The translations under genes and the position numbers were made by a program. A stretch of 61,985 nucleotides of DNA. Origin: Vicugna vicugna (Eukaryota). This document shows, piece by piece, positions 36,699-49,884 of the stretch. The notes under the pieces are model-generated. The model did no database searches, was not told the DNA's origin, and saw only the letters and a list, made by a program, of their open reading frames with translations. The stretch spans positions 1 through 61,985 of the forward strand of contig MU057726.1 of assembly GCA_013265495.1 (NCBI GenBank), in the 5' to 3' direction. Every line of letters starts with the position of its first letter. The stretch's first letter is position 1.

Positions 36699-37790
36699 TT
36701 TTACCGAATCCAAACTCGTTCTGCTCACCGTGCGACAGGCCAATAAATCAGGAGACAAGGTGTTGGGACAAAGAATAACAACTTTTTCAGAAAGCCAGCA
36801 GACCAAGAAGATGAGGGACTAATGTCCTTAGAGAGTCACCTTCCCCAAGTCAGATTCAGGCTCCTTTTGTCGGAAGAGAATGTGTTCTTACCTCACGCAG
36901 AGAAGAATTCAAGAGCAGAGTACAGCAAAGTGCAAGTAAGTTTATTTAGAGAGACACACTACATGGACAGAGTGAGATCTGTCTATCTCAGAAGGGAAAA
37001 TGGCTTAGGAGCTACACACTCCATAGGCAAAGTGTGGGCCATTTCAGAAAGGTGAGAGAGGGAGAAGCTGAGAGGTGTGGGGTGTTTAAAGTAAAAGTAG
37101 ATACACACTCCATAGACAGAATGCGGGCCATCTCAGCAGGTGAGCATGACAGAGCAACCCCGAGGTGTGGAGTTATTAGGTTTTATTGGCTCTGTAATTT
37201 CATATGCTAATGGGCAGGAGGATTATTCCAACTACCTTTGGGAAGGGGCGAGGATTTCCAGGAAACGTCACCCACCCACTTTTTGACCTTTTATGGTCAG
37301 CCTAGGAACTGTCATGGTGCCTGTGGCTGCACCATGAGGCTCAAGATCTACTGGAAGTTGGATCTTCCGCCATCTCGGTTCTACCCAGTGTGTCCTGTCC
37401 TCAATGGCTGTGCCCTGCCCCCTTTCCTCCCACTTCACTTTTATACTAAAAAGGGAGGGGGTGTGGTTAGTTGTTGCAAACTTCTTGGTGCCAGGATCTT
37501 TTGTTCTTGCAGCTGTCCCCATAGGTCAGGTCATGATGTTCCTATAAATCTCCGACATGACAGATGTTATTCTCTGTTATGCAACTTTTTATTTCTATAT
37601 GAATGGAAAAGTGTGACACCCTTAGAAGTCAGAGCTTTGGAGAATAGGCTATTCTCTATATTTCAGGCTATAGGCAGCATTCTTTTACAAAAGGTGCAAA
37701 AACAGCATGACTGAGCCCAGGAAACAGAGCACAGGGTTAGAGCTAAAGGAACAGATCTAACGTGGAGTCAGATTTGTTCTTTCCTATACA
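36699..37790 (-). mobile_element. ERV1 solo LTR (MER41-like cetartiodactyl), host of a nested LTR
   Basis: ttaccgaatccaaactc...aaagccagcagaccaagaagatg...cagattcaggctcctttt | atactaaaaagggaggggg...tggagtcagatttgttctttcctataca. Confidence 0.85.
36868..37437 (-). mobile_element. Second ERV1 solo LTR nested in the above
   Basis: TG...CA ends (TGAAGTGGGAGGAAAGGGGGCAGGGCACAGCC...CCGACA on minus); perfect 4-bp TSD cttt (36864-36867 / 37438-37441); three internal acacactccatag-like repeats. Confidence 0.88.
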
Positions 37791-38797
37791 ATGTATTTGA
37801 GACTTCAAAGTGGAGAAGTCAGAAAGGATTGATAAGAGAAAGCTAGGTAGAGAGAAGACAGTTAAGTGACAGACACAAATGCAGGACAGCATCAAGACCT
37901 TCGTAAGAGAGGAGTGGAGTGGGACTGGGAGGTAAACAGAGGGTTTGTCTCTGCTGAATTATTTTACTTTAAAAGGCTATGAAGCAAATTTTTCAAAATG
38001 TTAAGATTTGACAAAATTGAGTGGGAACCATAATGAGTGTCAATTATACTCTATATTTTTTTCTTCTTGCTTAAAGTATGTACTACTAGCTACAAAGAAA
38101 GATCAAATGAGACAAAAGAGTATAAACAGTGGGCATGGACAATTCTTCAATTGTGTTTGTCTGTAAGGAGTGGAGAGAATTTACATCAGGAAGATAAACA
38201 TCAAGGAAAGGTTTGTTTTCAGTTTAGTTTTGGTTTTTAATATTGATAATACTCAAGGGTATTTCTCTGTGGAAGAAAATTATCCTGCAGAGAGGGAGAG
38301 TTTAAGGATGCATGATCAAGACATGATAATGCAAGGGGTGAATTCTTGAGGAAGCAAGAGGAGATGGACCCAGGGCACACGTGAAGGAGTAAGACGATGT
38401 TAATTAACCTGGGGGGGGGTGCTCAGTAATAATTACTTAGCTATATAAAGATATCTTTGTGATTCAGGTCAGGAACATAAGATTCAAAGTTCATTGATTT
38501 AATATAAAATGGAAATGCGAGAACTATTTTCATATACCAAAACCAGATCTCACTTTAAATGATTATCACTAGGACATGAAATTTGGGGAGTACAGGTTTA
38601 GGTACTGATTTCTTTCTTTTGCAAAACCAGCTTTAAGTAGATAAATTTCATTATGTTCTTGGTTTAGCTACCCTGAAGGCACAGGCCTGAGTAGTTAGAA
38701 TTTCATTACTGTAAAATGTCAGTGTACACAGGGTAATAGAAAATGAGACCCAAAAAAGCCTTCTAAGTAATTTCCTGCTTTGTTTCTCACCCCCCAG

Positions 38798-38858
38798 CTC
38801 CGCAAAAGACATACCACCATGTCTCTGTGAAAATTAAATTAAAGCACAGTCCGACAAC
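38798..38858 (+). other. Candidate exon (61 nt) of a plus-strand transcript
   Basis: Strong acceptor tttcctgctttgtttctcaccccccag| and donor AAC|gtaaga; CpG-retaining unique sequence. Confidence 0.4.
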
Positions 38859-39411
38859 GTAAGATGGTCTGTGGTTCGCAAAAGACATCATCGTGCTCTG
38901 ATTTCCCTGTAATTCCACTGGATGATCTTTCTCCTTGGAGATAATTCAATAATTGCAATCCCATTGTTCCTTAAATAGGAGTCCATTTTCCCTGAGTAAT
39001 CAGAGTTTTATTATCTTGCACGTGGATCAGTTCTCCAATTTCGTTTGCTCTTAAGATATGTTGCCTCACAATCCCACCATTTCACAGCTCATGTGCACCT
39101 TTGCAAGAAACAAGCATGTTGGAATTGAGCAGAAAAGGGAAGTACAGCCAAATCCTTTTCCATCAGAATCAATGTCACTGTAAGTTAGATTTGTTGAGGA
39201 AAGTTTAGTGTGGGTGGGGTTGAAAGGTCTTAGTAAGATGATGTCATTCCTGTTTCTGCTTGTCTACTAATTGAATCGACCCTCTCCCCTCTCCTTCAAT
39301 ATTGAAAAAGGAATTTCAACCAATAATAACCAATAACCAATAGATGATAGGGGCCAACCAGTAGATAAACGGTAGGGCCAGAAATGATATAACATTTTTA
39401 TACTATCCATG

Positions 39412-39738
39412 TGTGGTAGGAAAAATATTTGTCCCCAAAGATGTCTACGTCATAATGCCAAGACTTGTGAATATGCTACCGCAGACAGAAAAAGGGACTT
39501 TGCAGATGTGAGTGAGGATCTTGAGATGGGAAAATTATCCTGGATGATCTGGGTGAGCCCAATGTAATCCCAAGGGTCTTTCACAAGGAAACTTCCCTTC
39601 CTAGAACCTCCAGCAGAAGCATAGCCCTATGACCCATTTTAGACTTCTGAACTCTGGAACTGTAAGATCATAAACTGGTGTTGCTTCAGCTACATATTCG
39701 CAGTAATTTGCTAATAGCAGCAAGGGGAGACTAATAGA
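39412..39738 (+). mobile_element. MLT1D-like LTR (internally deleted)
   Basis: tgtggtagg...ccccaaagatgtctacgtc...aaaagggactttgcagatgtg...ttagacttctgaactctggaactgtaag...agactaataga. Confidence 0.85.
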
Positions 39739-42700
39739 ACATGTCTAAGGATCTAACACAAGGCCTGCCACATAGCATGATTTTTTATTATTATATCATC
39801 TAATATTTTTCCCATTTCTACCTTGGCTTTGTTTTATGTATTTTGTTAACTTGCCATTGCGTGAAATTCTAGGCATTGTGTGACGATAAACTTTCTATTT
39901 TCTTGGTATCATTTTCAGTTATGCAATCTGAGAAACAGAACAAAACAGAGAACTCTAAGCTGCTTTGGAAATTACTAGAAACAGAAAGCAATGATACTGC
40001 TTTGACAATTGTCCTTATGTTGGAAGTGATAGTTTTCACTGACCAACTAAAAAGAAATGCTAAATGATTGTATCCGTTCATATAGAAAGCTCGGCTGCTA
40101 ATCTGGTGGTATATCTGGAAGCTTATGGAGTATTGTTCTTCTCAAGGCGTGAGCTGACCTGCTTATGACGTCCTCTGTCCTTTCCTTTTGACTTCTAAAA
40201 AGGTCTGGATATACTAATAAATTTTTGTTTGTTTGAAATAGAAGCTATCCCAGGCTTTATTTGATTATCTTCCTTCTGAAAAATGCTAACTTGGAAAAAT
40301 TATAATATTGCATGTTTAACTGTTCCAGCTCATTCAGAATACAATACTTATCTTTTCTACAGAGTTTCTCTAAGTGTTTTCAATTTGAAGCAAATCCTTG
40401 GAGAGAAACTGAAACTAGTCCCTTAAGAGAAAAAATGGCCAGGCCATCGCTCAGATATGGTTTCCGTAACCTACGCTCATCACTTCCCCACTGATTAAAG
40501 CAACAGGGACTCCTGTTATCATATAAGATGACTTATCCTCCCAGGGCAGAGTGTCCTGACCATCCTACATGACACTCGGCGAATACAAAAAAGTGTGTGG
40601 TTCGGAAAATTCCTGGGAACCTTCTCCATCGATGATCAAGTTTACAGAGCAACCCCCAGAATAATCAAGCCAAATTTCACTCAGTTGTGTGGAGAGATGA
40701 ACACTTCGAGCTGCTAAATGTCACATATGATAAACTTTTAGACAGTTTCCCAGAAAACGATCGCAAGCCATCCGAATGATGAATTGCCAGCTGCATTTAT
40801 GTATCAGGCTGCTCTCTGCTTTCTCCCTATACAGATATACTGCTTATGTGGGGAAAAGAAAGCCTGCTTTCTGTGAATAGAAAACAAGGTACCCAATAAA
40901 ATATTCATTATGTCAAACTTGCAGCCTTCGGTACATGCACTTTCTAGAATACCAAATATAATGAACGTTCCAATTAGAACTGAGTTTGGTTCTTTTTTTA
41001 ATCCATTCATATTTTATATTACCTGTGTGTGTACATGCTATATATAGCTGCCCTTTCCTCATGTAAACTTCAGCTGTCTTGGAAGAATTTTAAAACTCCC
41101 TTTGCAAATTCTTATAGATTTTTAGTGTTAAATAAGTCCTTGCTGACATTTACAAGTGATACCATTTATAAGGGTGCGCTGTGGTCTTCATGTTTATCCC
41201 CGATTCAATGTAATAAAAATGTGACGTTTAATGTTGATTATTGATTATTGCTGTTGTAACAAGTGACACTTTTAATGAGGGATTTTCTTTTCTGGGCTTC
41301 ATGCTGGATAGACATTACACAGTAAACTGTATTCTGTGTTTAAAAAAAAACAATTTACTTGCTTCTGATAATAACCTTAAGGCAAGCTGCTTTCTTTAGT
41401 TTATGGAAAAGTCTAACATTAGTGCAAATAATATTGCTAATATTGAGATGTAAAATAGATTGTTTTTCTAATGACACCAATTTATGGTGGTGAAGACATT
41501 TCCTCCCTAGTGCTGAAATCATTAAAAGTTGATCGTTTACTTGGTGAATATTTAAGTCAAAAGTTGACATGCATTCTCTATTTATATGCAGGTTATATTA
41601 GCTGTGGGGGTGGATATTTTGGGTTTCGTTTTAAATAACGCTGTGCAGCAGGGAATGAAGGAGAAAAGAAGAAGAAATCTTTTAATGCTAATTTACAGGT
41701 TTGGAAATTGGATTTGTGTCCTTTAATTCTAAGATGCTAGGAGTTTGTTTATTATGATGATGGAAAGGTACTTATAAAATAAAAGCTTTTTAGGCTTATG
41801 GTATTCATGTTTCATTAAATTTGAAATTGCCAAGAAACCACTAAAGTTGTATCCACATCCACAACTAATGTGACTCTGGTTGCCTAGTCACTCAAAAGAA
41901 ATTGAGTCAAATAATCTTTTGAATGTTCACTCATTTTTATTTTATTTAATTGACTGGATCATCATAAAAATTCACGGATGGTTCTAAAATGTAAAGCAGC
42001 TTAGATGTGGCCTTCTTGACATCAGAGAATACTATTTGTTCCCCAAATCTTTACTATCCTGCACCTTAGACCTTAAATACTATCATTCATTTATTTTCAT
42101 TTTGATTTTTCAAATAATCATTCCCAGAAGAAAATGCACGCACGACTGTGAAGGCTGCCATATTAGGTCTTATCGGGTATTTATTTTTCAGCTAATGATT
42201 CATGATTCCCTTTCTCACTTGACAGTTTGCTGAGAGCAGCTTCCTGTAGAACAGGGGCTCTGGGGAGCAGCGAGGAGCCTTCAGCACAAGAGCTCTATCC
42301 ACGGATGCCAAGCATTAGAGGGATGCTCAGGGCTCTGCTTAGGCCGGTGGGACTGGACACTCATATCCATGAGCCAGTGGTATATGAATAGGTGTTTGGA
42401 AGAGTCAGAGAAAGATGAGGAAGGTGATCAAAGTGTAAGTGGCAGAGGTCAGCATGAACACATCGCATCAGCAGGTCAGATGCACTTCAAGTACAGTCCC
42501 AGCACTGATGTCCTAATGGGACAGCTTAGTGTCACAAGCTAAGATGTCAGTCAAGAGGACAAAGTCATGATGTCACAGATACAGGACAACGACTGCTTCA
42601 GAAGAAAAGAATTAATGATGTGGTTAGCCTGATGGCTGTCACGCTGCCCTTTCCGCCCGCTCCCCCTAAGTCATCCAAACAAACCCAGGCCGAGTTAATA

Positions 42701-43289
42701 ATGAACTGGCATCTGTGACTCAGAGGCTCCAAGTCACAAAAAGGAATGTAGAAGTATCCTTAAGACTGTTTTTTAGGTTCTGATGTTAGAATTTACTCAA
42801 TTTTCCTATTTAAATGCAGAGTTCCTGCATTGCTTATAAAAATGAACAATGTGAAAAACGGTTGCTTATAATCACTGTTTTTTCAGGGAAATTGACAACC
42901 ATTATATGTTCTTTGCCACCCTAGGCTCTCTGAGGTGGTATGAATATATTTACATAATAGATCTACGTGTGAATTTAACTCTAGAAGAGGACTAAAAAGA
43001 CACATTTTCAGAAACCAAACCATGTCATGGAAAATTAAGTCTGTTCTATATCACATTACTTACTGTCTGTAATAATCTGTAAAGAATATTACTAATTTTA
43101 AAAGCCAATTAAGATGCAGGTTCAAGCTGGGCATTGCCAACACTTTATTATAGTCCTGAAATAATGGGAACCAGTATCCTACTAAACTGGCCTTCTACCA
43201 AGAGTTACTTCACTAGGTAATATGTTAACTTGAATAGAGAAGAGAGTGGAGGGAAAGAAATGTCACCGTAACTGATTGTTTACCTATTC

Positions 43290-43430
43290 AGTGCTTTTTT
43301 TTTCACCACAACTTAACAAAATAGGAACGGTACTCCCATTTTACAGATGAGGAAATAGGTGCTTAGAAAGATAAAAGAACCTTCTCAAGTTATGATAGTC
43401 CTGAATATAGCAGAGCCAGTTCACGCCTCT
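43290..43430 (-). mobile_element. MIR fragment
   Basis: cccattttacagatgaggaaa...gcttagaaag. Confidence 0.65.
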
Positions 43431-44104
43431 GACGAGATGATGCTATGGTGTTGAACTTTTGATTTTCAGTTGTCTAACAATGCATCATTTCACTACATGC
43501 CTCTGCACGTTCAAAGCTTTTCCTCAGAGATCGTAAGTGTTTCCAGGCAGCTGCCCCGAATGAAAGGCTTCCCAGAATGTGAACATTTTTTCAGAAAGGC
43601 ATTAAATAGGAGCTTTGAGGCATTATCTTCATATATATTTATGAGTAAAAATCATATAAGCCCAAGTAGATCATGGGTGATTTTCCATAAAAATGTAGGG
43701 GAAACTACACTGCAATATGACCATCTGATTTTCCATCTTAGATCATTCCTGCAAAGCTGCACATAAAGTAAAAAAGTGCAGATTTTAGATCAAAGCATCT
43801 TTCACATATGAGTTCAAAATACCCTGACTAAAAGCAAAAAGCCATTTTTGTTTCTAAGATAAATCCATTAAGTTATAGGCTAGTTTACAATCAATCAAAT
43901 TCTCAGTATCAGTATCAAACCTCTGCACTGATGATTTTATATCAGAATATAGTAACCTCAACTTAAGAGCACAATCATCACTCAGTCACAAGGTACTATT
44001 TCTTCCAGTGAAATATATGTGGCCTTTGCTCCTGAAGATTCCATTATTAACCCGCTTTCAAGGATTTGGGGGGGGCAGTTTTATCCCCCTCCAGGACCTG
44101 GAGC

Positions 44105-44640
44105 CCAGTTCTCTCTCACCTGGAATACTGTAAGCACCAACTCTTGGTCTTTTTAGCAAAGGTGCATCTTAGGTATCTCCAACTTTCTCCCTACCCTAGT
44201 TCATTCTCCTGCTACAAAGTCACCTCCTGCTCAGAATCCCTCATTGGTTACTACCAGTTTTCAGAAGTCCAAATTTCTTCCCTTGACACTGAAGCACGGT
44301 CCCAGTTTGGCTGCACTAAGCTTCTCCATTTCCCAGTTTGGCGTCTCCTTACACACCTCCCTCCTTGGGTCGTGTGTTTCCACTTCAGGACGCCTGCCTT
44401 TGTTTGTCTGCCTGTCTAAATCCCGCTCCTGAATTTAAATCCAGCATTGGGTTTACTCCTCCAAGGTAGCACCTGTTGCATCAAGTAATTGTAATTTACC
44501 TTTACGTAACTTTTCACATCATGAGTTCTCTAGTTTCTTGAAGTCAAAGACCGTGTATGAATTAGTCCTTCTGTTCTTAGCTCTTAGCATTGGTCTGAGA
44601 CATGGTAGGTACGAGTAAATGTGATTGAATGAATGGACGG
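44105..44640 (+). mobile_element. L2 3' region
   Basis: ctctctcacctggaatactgtaa...cttagcattggtctgagacatggtaggt...gattgaatgaatg tail. Confidence 0.65.
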
Positions 44641-45281
44641 AAGTGATGAATTGGTATTAATCTGGACTCCCTTGTAACATACCCTTATGAAACAGCCAAC
44701 TGGTTTAGAGAGGCTGAGTTTATTTCTTGGTCCACTGCAATCCAGCACATAACATTAGGAAATAAAAGTATTCCTTTCCTGTATTTTATTTCTCATTCAC
44801 TATTCTTTATAATCCTGTGTTTGAAGGCACAGTATATGCCTTTATTGAATAAGTAAGAAATAACAGACCCAGGAACTAAATACAGGCTGAGTCACAAGAA
44901 ACGCCCCTCCCCAACTTTTGTGCGGCCTGGTTTTTGGTGGAGCAACACATTAAATGTAAACATTTCTGTTTTCTTTGCTTAATGGCAGAATTTGCCTCTG
45001 TAAATCCCTGTAGTTTCTGGCTGCACATGTCAGCTGTAAACCTTATTCAACGAGTAGTTTTCCACAACTAAAAGCTCACTGGCTAGTTTCTACCTCACAA
45101 TCCATTAGGTCAAGCTTAGTTATTTCTACATTGGATCTTTTATTTCGTGTCTCTTTTAATTTTTCCCATTTCTGTTGCCTTTATTCTTTCAGCTTCAGTT
45201 CTGAAAATGAAATGAATTACGTGATAAAAAGAAAGTAGTTTTTTCCTCTACTGAGCAAATAAATTGAGACGTAACTTACTC

Positions 45282-45323
45282 TGTGTGTGTGGGTGTGCGC
45301 GCGCGCATGTGTTTGTGGTGTGT
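45282..45323. repeat. (TG)n-(CG)n alternating purine-pyrimidine tract
   Basis: tgtgtgtgtgggtgtgcgcgcgcgcatgtgt. Confidence 0.8.
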
Positions 45324-46380
45324 AGGAAATCTTTATTTTCTAGAGCCATGTCAAAAGCTCATTTTAAAGTAATTTATTTATAACAACAAATGAATGCTTT
45401 GCTGTGGCTATCTGAGTGAAATACCTCATTGGAGGAAGGAGAGATTGGCAAGCCCCAGGAACATTAAGACATCCTTTGCTGAGTGAAACATGATAGTTCT
45501 TTTAATCTATAATTCAATTACTCTCCTGTCTCAGCAAAACACTTGAGAATGCTCCGAGACCCTTCTTTTAAGTGTACTTTGCCAGCATGGTCTAAAAGGC
45601 AGTGAAACACACTGGCAAACCATTGAGTGATGCCTTCCCGTGATTGTTTCAGCCGTACACATACGCAGATATGGGGGAATCTGGGATAAACAGTAAGATG
45701 GTTCACTCTCATGCAATTGAATTTTCACAGGACTGTTCACTTCTGATTTACTCAGCAAAGGAAAAGATTCTGAATTAACATACTTGCTTTAAAAAGAATA
45801 ATTTATAATTTCCCATTTCACAGGAGAGGAGTATGAGATGATGGGGGAAAACATGCAATTTCTGCTTAAAATGGCAATTTTAGAGTACATATAATGTAAA
45901 TATCATAGGCGATTGTTGCCTGAGAAAGAACAAACTTGCCTGTATGCGATTCTACAAGGCTTTCAATTTGCCCTTAATTTTATAAGCAAAATTACAATAG
46001 GAAATATGCCAAATTACTTAAGTGAGTAGTCTGAAATATTATGAATCATTAAACTGAAGGGATTAAGCTAGAGAAATGAAAATAAAAGCCTTTAGCAAGA
46101 ATCAAGTGAATTCCAAGATCACAAATAAAAGGGGGGGGGGAATTTTAATTACAAAGTGTTAAGGCCATGTAAGTTTCCTTTAAAAAATTATTTTAGCTCT
46201 CTAGTTTCAAAAATAGAACTTGGTTTAACCCAAATTGATCTTGAGCTGGCCCTCTGAATTTCGGTATTTCATACAAGATCAGATGGTTTTTGACAGCATT
46301 TTAAAATTACCGATTAGCTTTGAAGAAAGGAAGTTAGTTTGCATAGAGATGTAACTAAGTTTATAAATTGGTTTTCACAC

Positions 46381-46580
46381 AAATATATTAATCTATATGC
46401 TTATATGCTTTTATATGCTTTATATTCTTTATATGCTTTATATTTTTATTATATTATTTTATTTATTATATTTATTTTGTATTTATTTATTTTACTATAT
46501 TATTTTAGTATATTATATTATCTTTTTTATATTTATATGTTTTATATTCTTATTACACATAAGAAACAATATTATAATAC
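46381..46580. repeat. AT-rich low-complexity region with TATATGCTT units
   Basis: tatatgcttatatgcttttatatgctttatattc... followed by TTA/TAT runs. Confidence 0.9.
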
Positions 46581-48461
46581 TAAGTATGTCACAAACCTAA
46601 GGATGTCTTCTGTATGCTTTCTCATTTTTACACAGATAAATTCATGCCATGTTAAAAAGTTAACTTATTAGCAAAACATTTTAGCAAAGCAGCTCAAAGA
46701 GCATAATGCTCTACCAAGTGGATTTTTCATCATTTCTTTTACAAGTTGTCCTAACTGTAAAATGAAACAAGTCATAATGCTCTTGAAGAAAAGAGATTAT
46801 TAACCCCAAGAGAACAGCCAAAGACTGAATCTGAAAAATATCCTGCTATGCTTGATCACAGAATTATTTTACTCTGATAGTGTCACTATTGAGAAATAGG
46901 TTATTAATTCTACGATTATAACTGTTAAGAAATCAGGTGCTATGAACAGTTATACTGCTATTCTAGATCTCTCTAACAATTTGTTCTTTTTAATATTCAA
47001 AATGAAATTTTTAATGGTAAAGTTTATAACTGGTCACAAAGTTGTTTATGTATGTTTCATCAACTGTAGTTTATGAAAGTGGCTCATTATTAGGGAAGGT
47101 AATAAAAAAGTAGTTTTTACTTAATACAGCGTTGTTTAGAGAACAAATAAGCAGGGAATTGGTTCTTTCTAAAAGAAAAAAAATGTAAAGGCATTATAGT
47201 AGAGAGAAATCTTTTAAGGTCAAACAGAGAATTATGCTGGGATAAAGATGTTCTAAGCAACTAAATCCTTCTTTGTTTTTATCTGTTTCTTTTAGAATGG
47301 ATGATATTGGGTCTTGAGTTCCTAAGATCATTATAAGCATCTTCAGCTGTAGACAACAAAAAAACTAAACAAAAAAACTGAAAGTAGCTGTGTCCTAGAG
47401 CTATCCTAGAATCATCCAGAATTTTCAAGAAGCTCTCAGTGTTCCTGATCAGCCTTCTTACTTCTCCCTTTCTCACTGTTGTCCCCACTTCTGTGATTAT
47501 CAGGAAAATTTAATATGATTCAAAGGCTCTTAGTACGTCCAGGGGTCCTACTGTAGCATAATGTACTCTGTTCAAGCCTGACTAAACAAAAAAAATTTTG
47601 TGATTATTTTATAAGTGAGTCCTGTCCCAGACTTCTCCATTCTCTTCACAAATCTTTTTCTACACCTTCCCTCATCCATTAGCAAAGCTGTTCGTATGCT
47701 ATGATAAATTAGAAAAACATATTTTTTTCTGATACTCCATGCTGTAGAACTCTGTTAATTATTTTTTGATGCAGACATTCTGCACTCTAATTTTAAGCCC
47801 AAATAATTCTTCAAGGATTTTATATTAGTTCAATTTTGTTCATATGCTTAGGAAAATTAGATTTGTATTTTAGGAGAACAAAACAATGTAGATAAGAAAA
47901 TTATGGATATGATGGCTTAAAACAATCCACTGGGGATAAAAGAATAAACAAATTTTATTACATAAAAGTAGTTTCAAGTAGATTCTTGTTTTGGGGTGAC
48001 ACAGAGAAGGAAATGGGATTATAGCTTCAATACTTTTATTTTAGACATAATCCAATCAACTTCCCACGATGTTAATATTATTCCTCCAACATGCTTAATG
48101 TCCATTTACTCCTAATTAAATCTCTTCCTTTTATTTACCCTTAAGCTGCTCACCCACTAGTTACAACAATCTACTTCCAAAAGCATCCCTCCCTCGGGAG
48201 GACACAGGCAAGAGCCCCCCTGCCTTGTATCATGTGGCAACACTTGTAGCACTGCTTGTGACTTGACTTCCTGATAATTCCTGGAGCTTAGTGTAAGGCA
48301 TTTCTTTAAGTTATGCACAAGACATTTCTTTGTTATGTTTGTAATTATCTCATCTTGGTCAGTGTGGAAGGGAAACAAGTATTAACTGTATGCATACTCT
48401 ACGAATTTGATAAAGTAGCCAAAGTGGTAAGCTCAAATTGGTCATAGTTCATCTCAAAAGC

Positions 48462-48917
48462 AATAACACCATTTGCAGCAACATGGATGGACCTGGAGAT
48501 CATCATTCTAAGTGAAGTAAACCAGAAAGAGAAAGAGAAATACCATACAATATCACTCATATGTGGAATCTAAAAACAAACAAACAAAAAGACACAAATG
48601 AACTTATTTACAAAACAGAAACAGACTCACAAACATAGAAAACAATCTTACGGTTACCAAAGGGGGAAGAGGGTGGGAAGGGATAAATTGAGTGTTTGAG
48701 ATTTACAGATACTAACTACTATATATAAAACAGATAAACAAGTGTCTTCTGTATAGCACAGGGAACTATATTCATTATCTTGCAGTAACCTATAATGAAA
48801 AAGAAAATGAAAACAAATATACTATGTATGTACACTGTATGACTGAAACATTATGCTGTACATCAGAAACTGACACACTGTAAAGTGACTATATTTCAAT
48901 AATAAAAATTAAAAAAA
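48462..48917 (+). mobile_element. 5'-truncated cetartiodactyl/camelid L1 3' end
   Basis: ccatttgcagcaacatggatggacctggagat...gtatagcacagggaactatattc...ctatatttcaat plus A-rich tail; similar to 11330-11746. Confidence 0.93.
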
Positions 48918-49884
48918 TTTTAAAGTATTCAATTCCTAGTTTTATTTTACTTTCATATGCTAGCAAAATAAACCTGTTGAGAACACACACACACACATAC
49001 ACACAATCTCTAATGAATAAAAAGGACAATGAGGAAAAAAAACTTGCTTTAAGACTGGTGAAGGGCACATCCTACTTCTCATTAAGAACTCGAAGTCTGC
49101 ATCAAAAAGAGGCCTGAGATATAGGCACAGTGTGAGGCTCCACCAGTTTGCAGAACCATATTGTTCTGTCCAGATGATACCCTGACACTCAATTCTATTC
49201 TTTTAGATGGAGTATTTGGCAGAAACCCAATCCAACCTTGCTACAGTCTTCAGTGAGCTAATATCATTTTTCACCAGTCATGTTTTCTTTGATGGAGACC
49301 CCACAAATCGTGAGAATGCTCTGGAATGAAGATTCGGCAATGTAAATATGAGCAGAATGTGTATCTAGCACTGTTGATTCTTACTTTGTTCACTTTGCAA
49401 GGTAAACCAGCTCTTTTCTTCATTTTTTAAAAATTTCTTTTTGAGGATTCAGATTTCTCTATCTATGAGCATGGATTTGAAAGGACTGGGTAAAGCCTTC
49501 CTACCCAGTCCTGACTACTTCACACATATACAAGCCACCTCACAGCAGCAGGTCCACGTCTGGCCTGAAAGACTGAGGGCTTCATGATCCCCTTGCCACT
49601 ATGGGTAATGACTTTTGTCCTTTTACATTCTTAGGAAGCCATTCTTCCTGGGTGAGCGCCTGCATTGGAGGGCTTAACATCCCAGTCATGCTGAATTGAC
49701 TGCTAAGGTGTGGTCAGAGTCCCAGGCTCTGTCATGGGCTCACTACACCTAACTACCACAAAGAAGCGATTTAAATCAGCTTGAGAAACTGTGTGCATCA
49801 AACCCCATTCCATGGCTACCTCATGTCTACCATCTTGCCAGGATATTGACCACACACATTAGTGCATTAAGGTTTTTAGACATT

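Noticed and set aside
36954..37145. Spaced repeats superficially like a CRISPR array
   Set aside because: Diverged internal repeats of a mammalian LTR; no cas genes; eukaryotic context
37238..37714. Longest ORF (158 aa)
   Set aside because: Runs antisense across the junction of two nested LTRs; no protein features
46339..46671. Hydrophobic 110-aa ORF (also 60193-60387)
   Set aside because: Translations of AT-rich or poly-T low-complexity DNA
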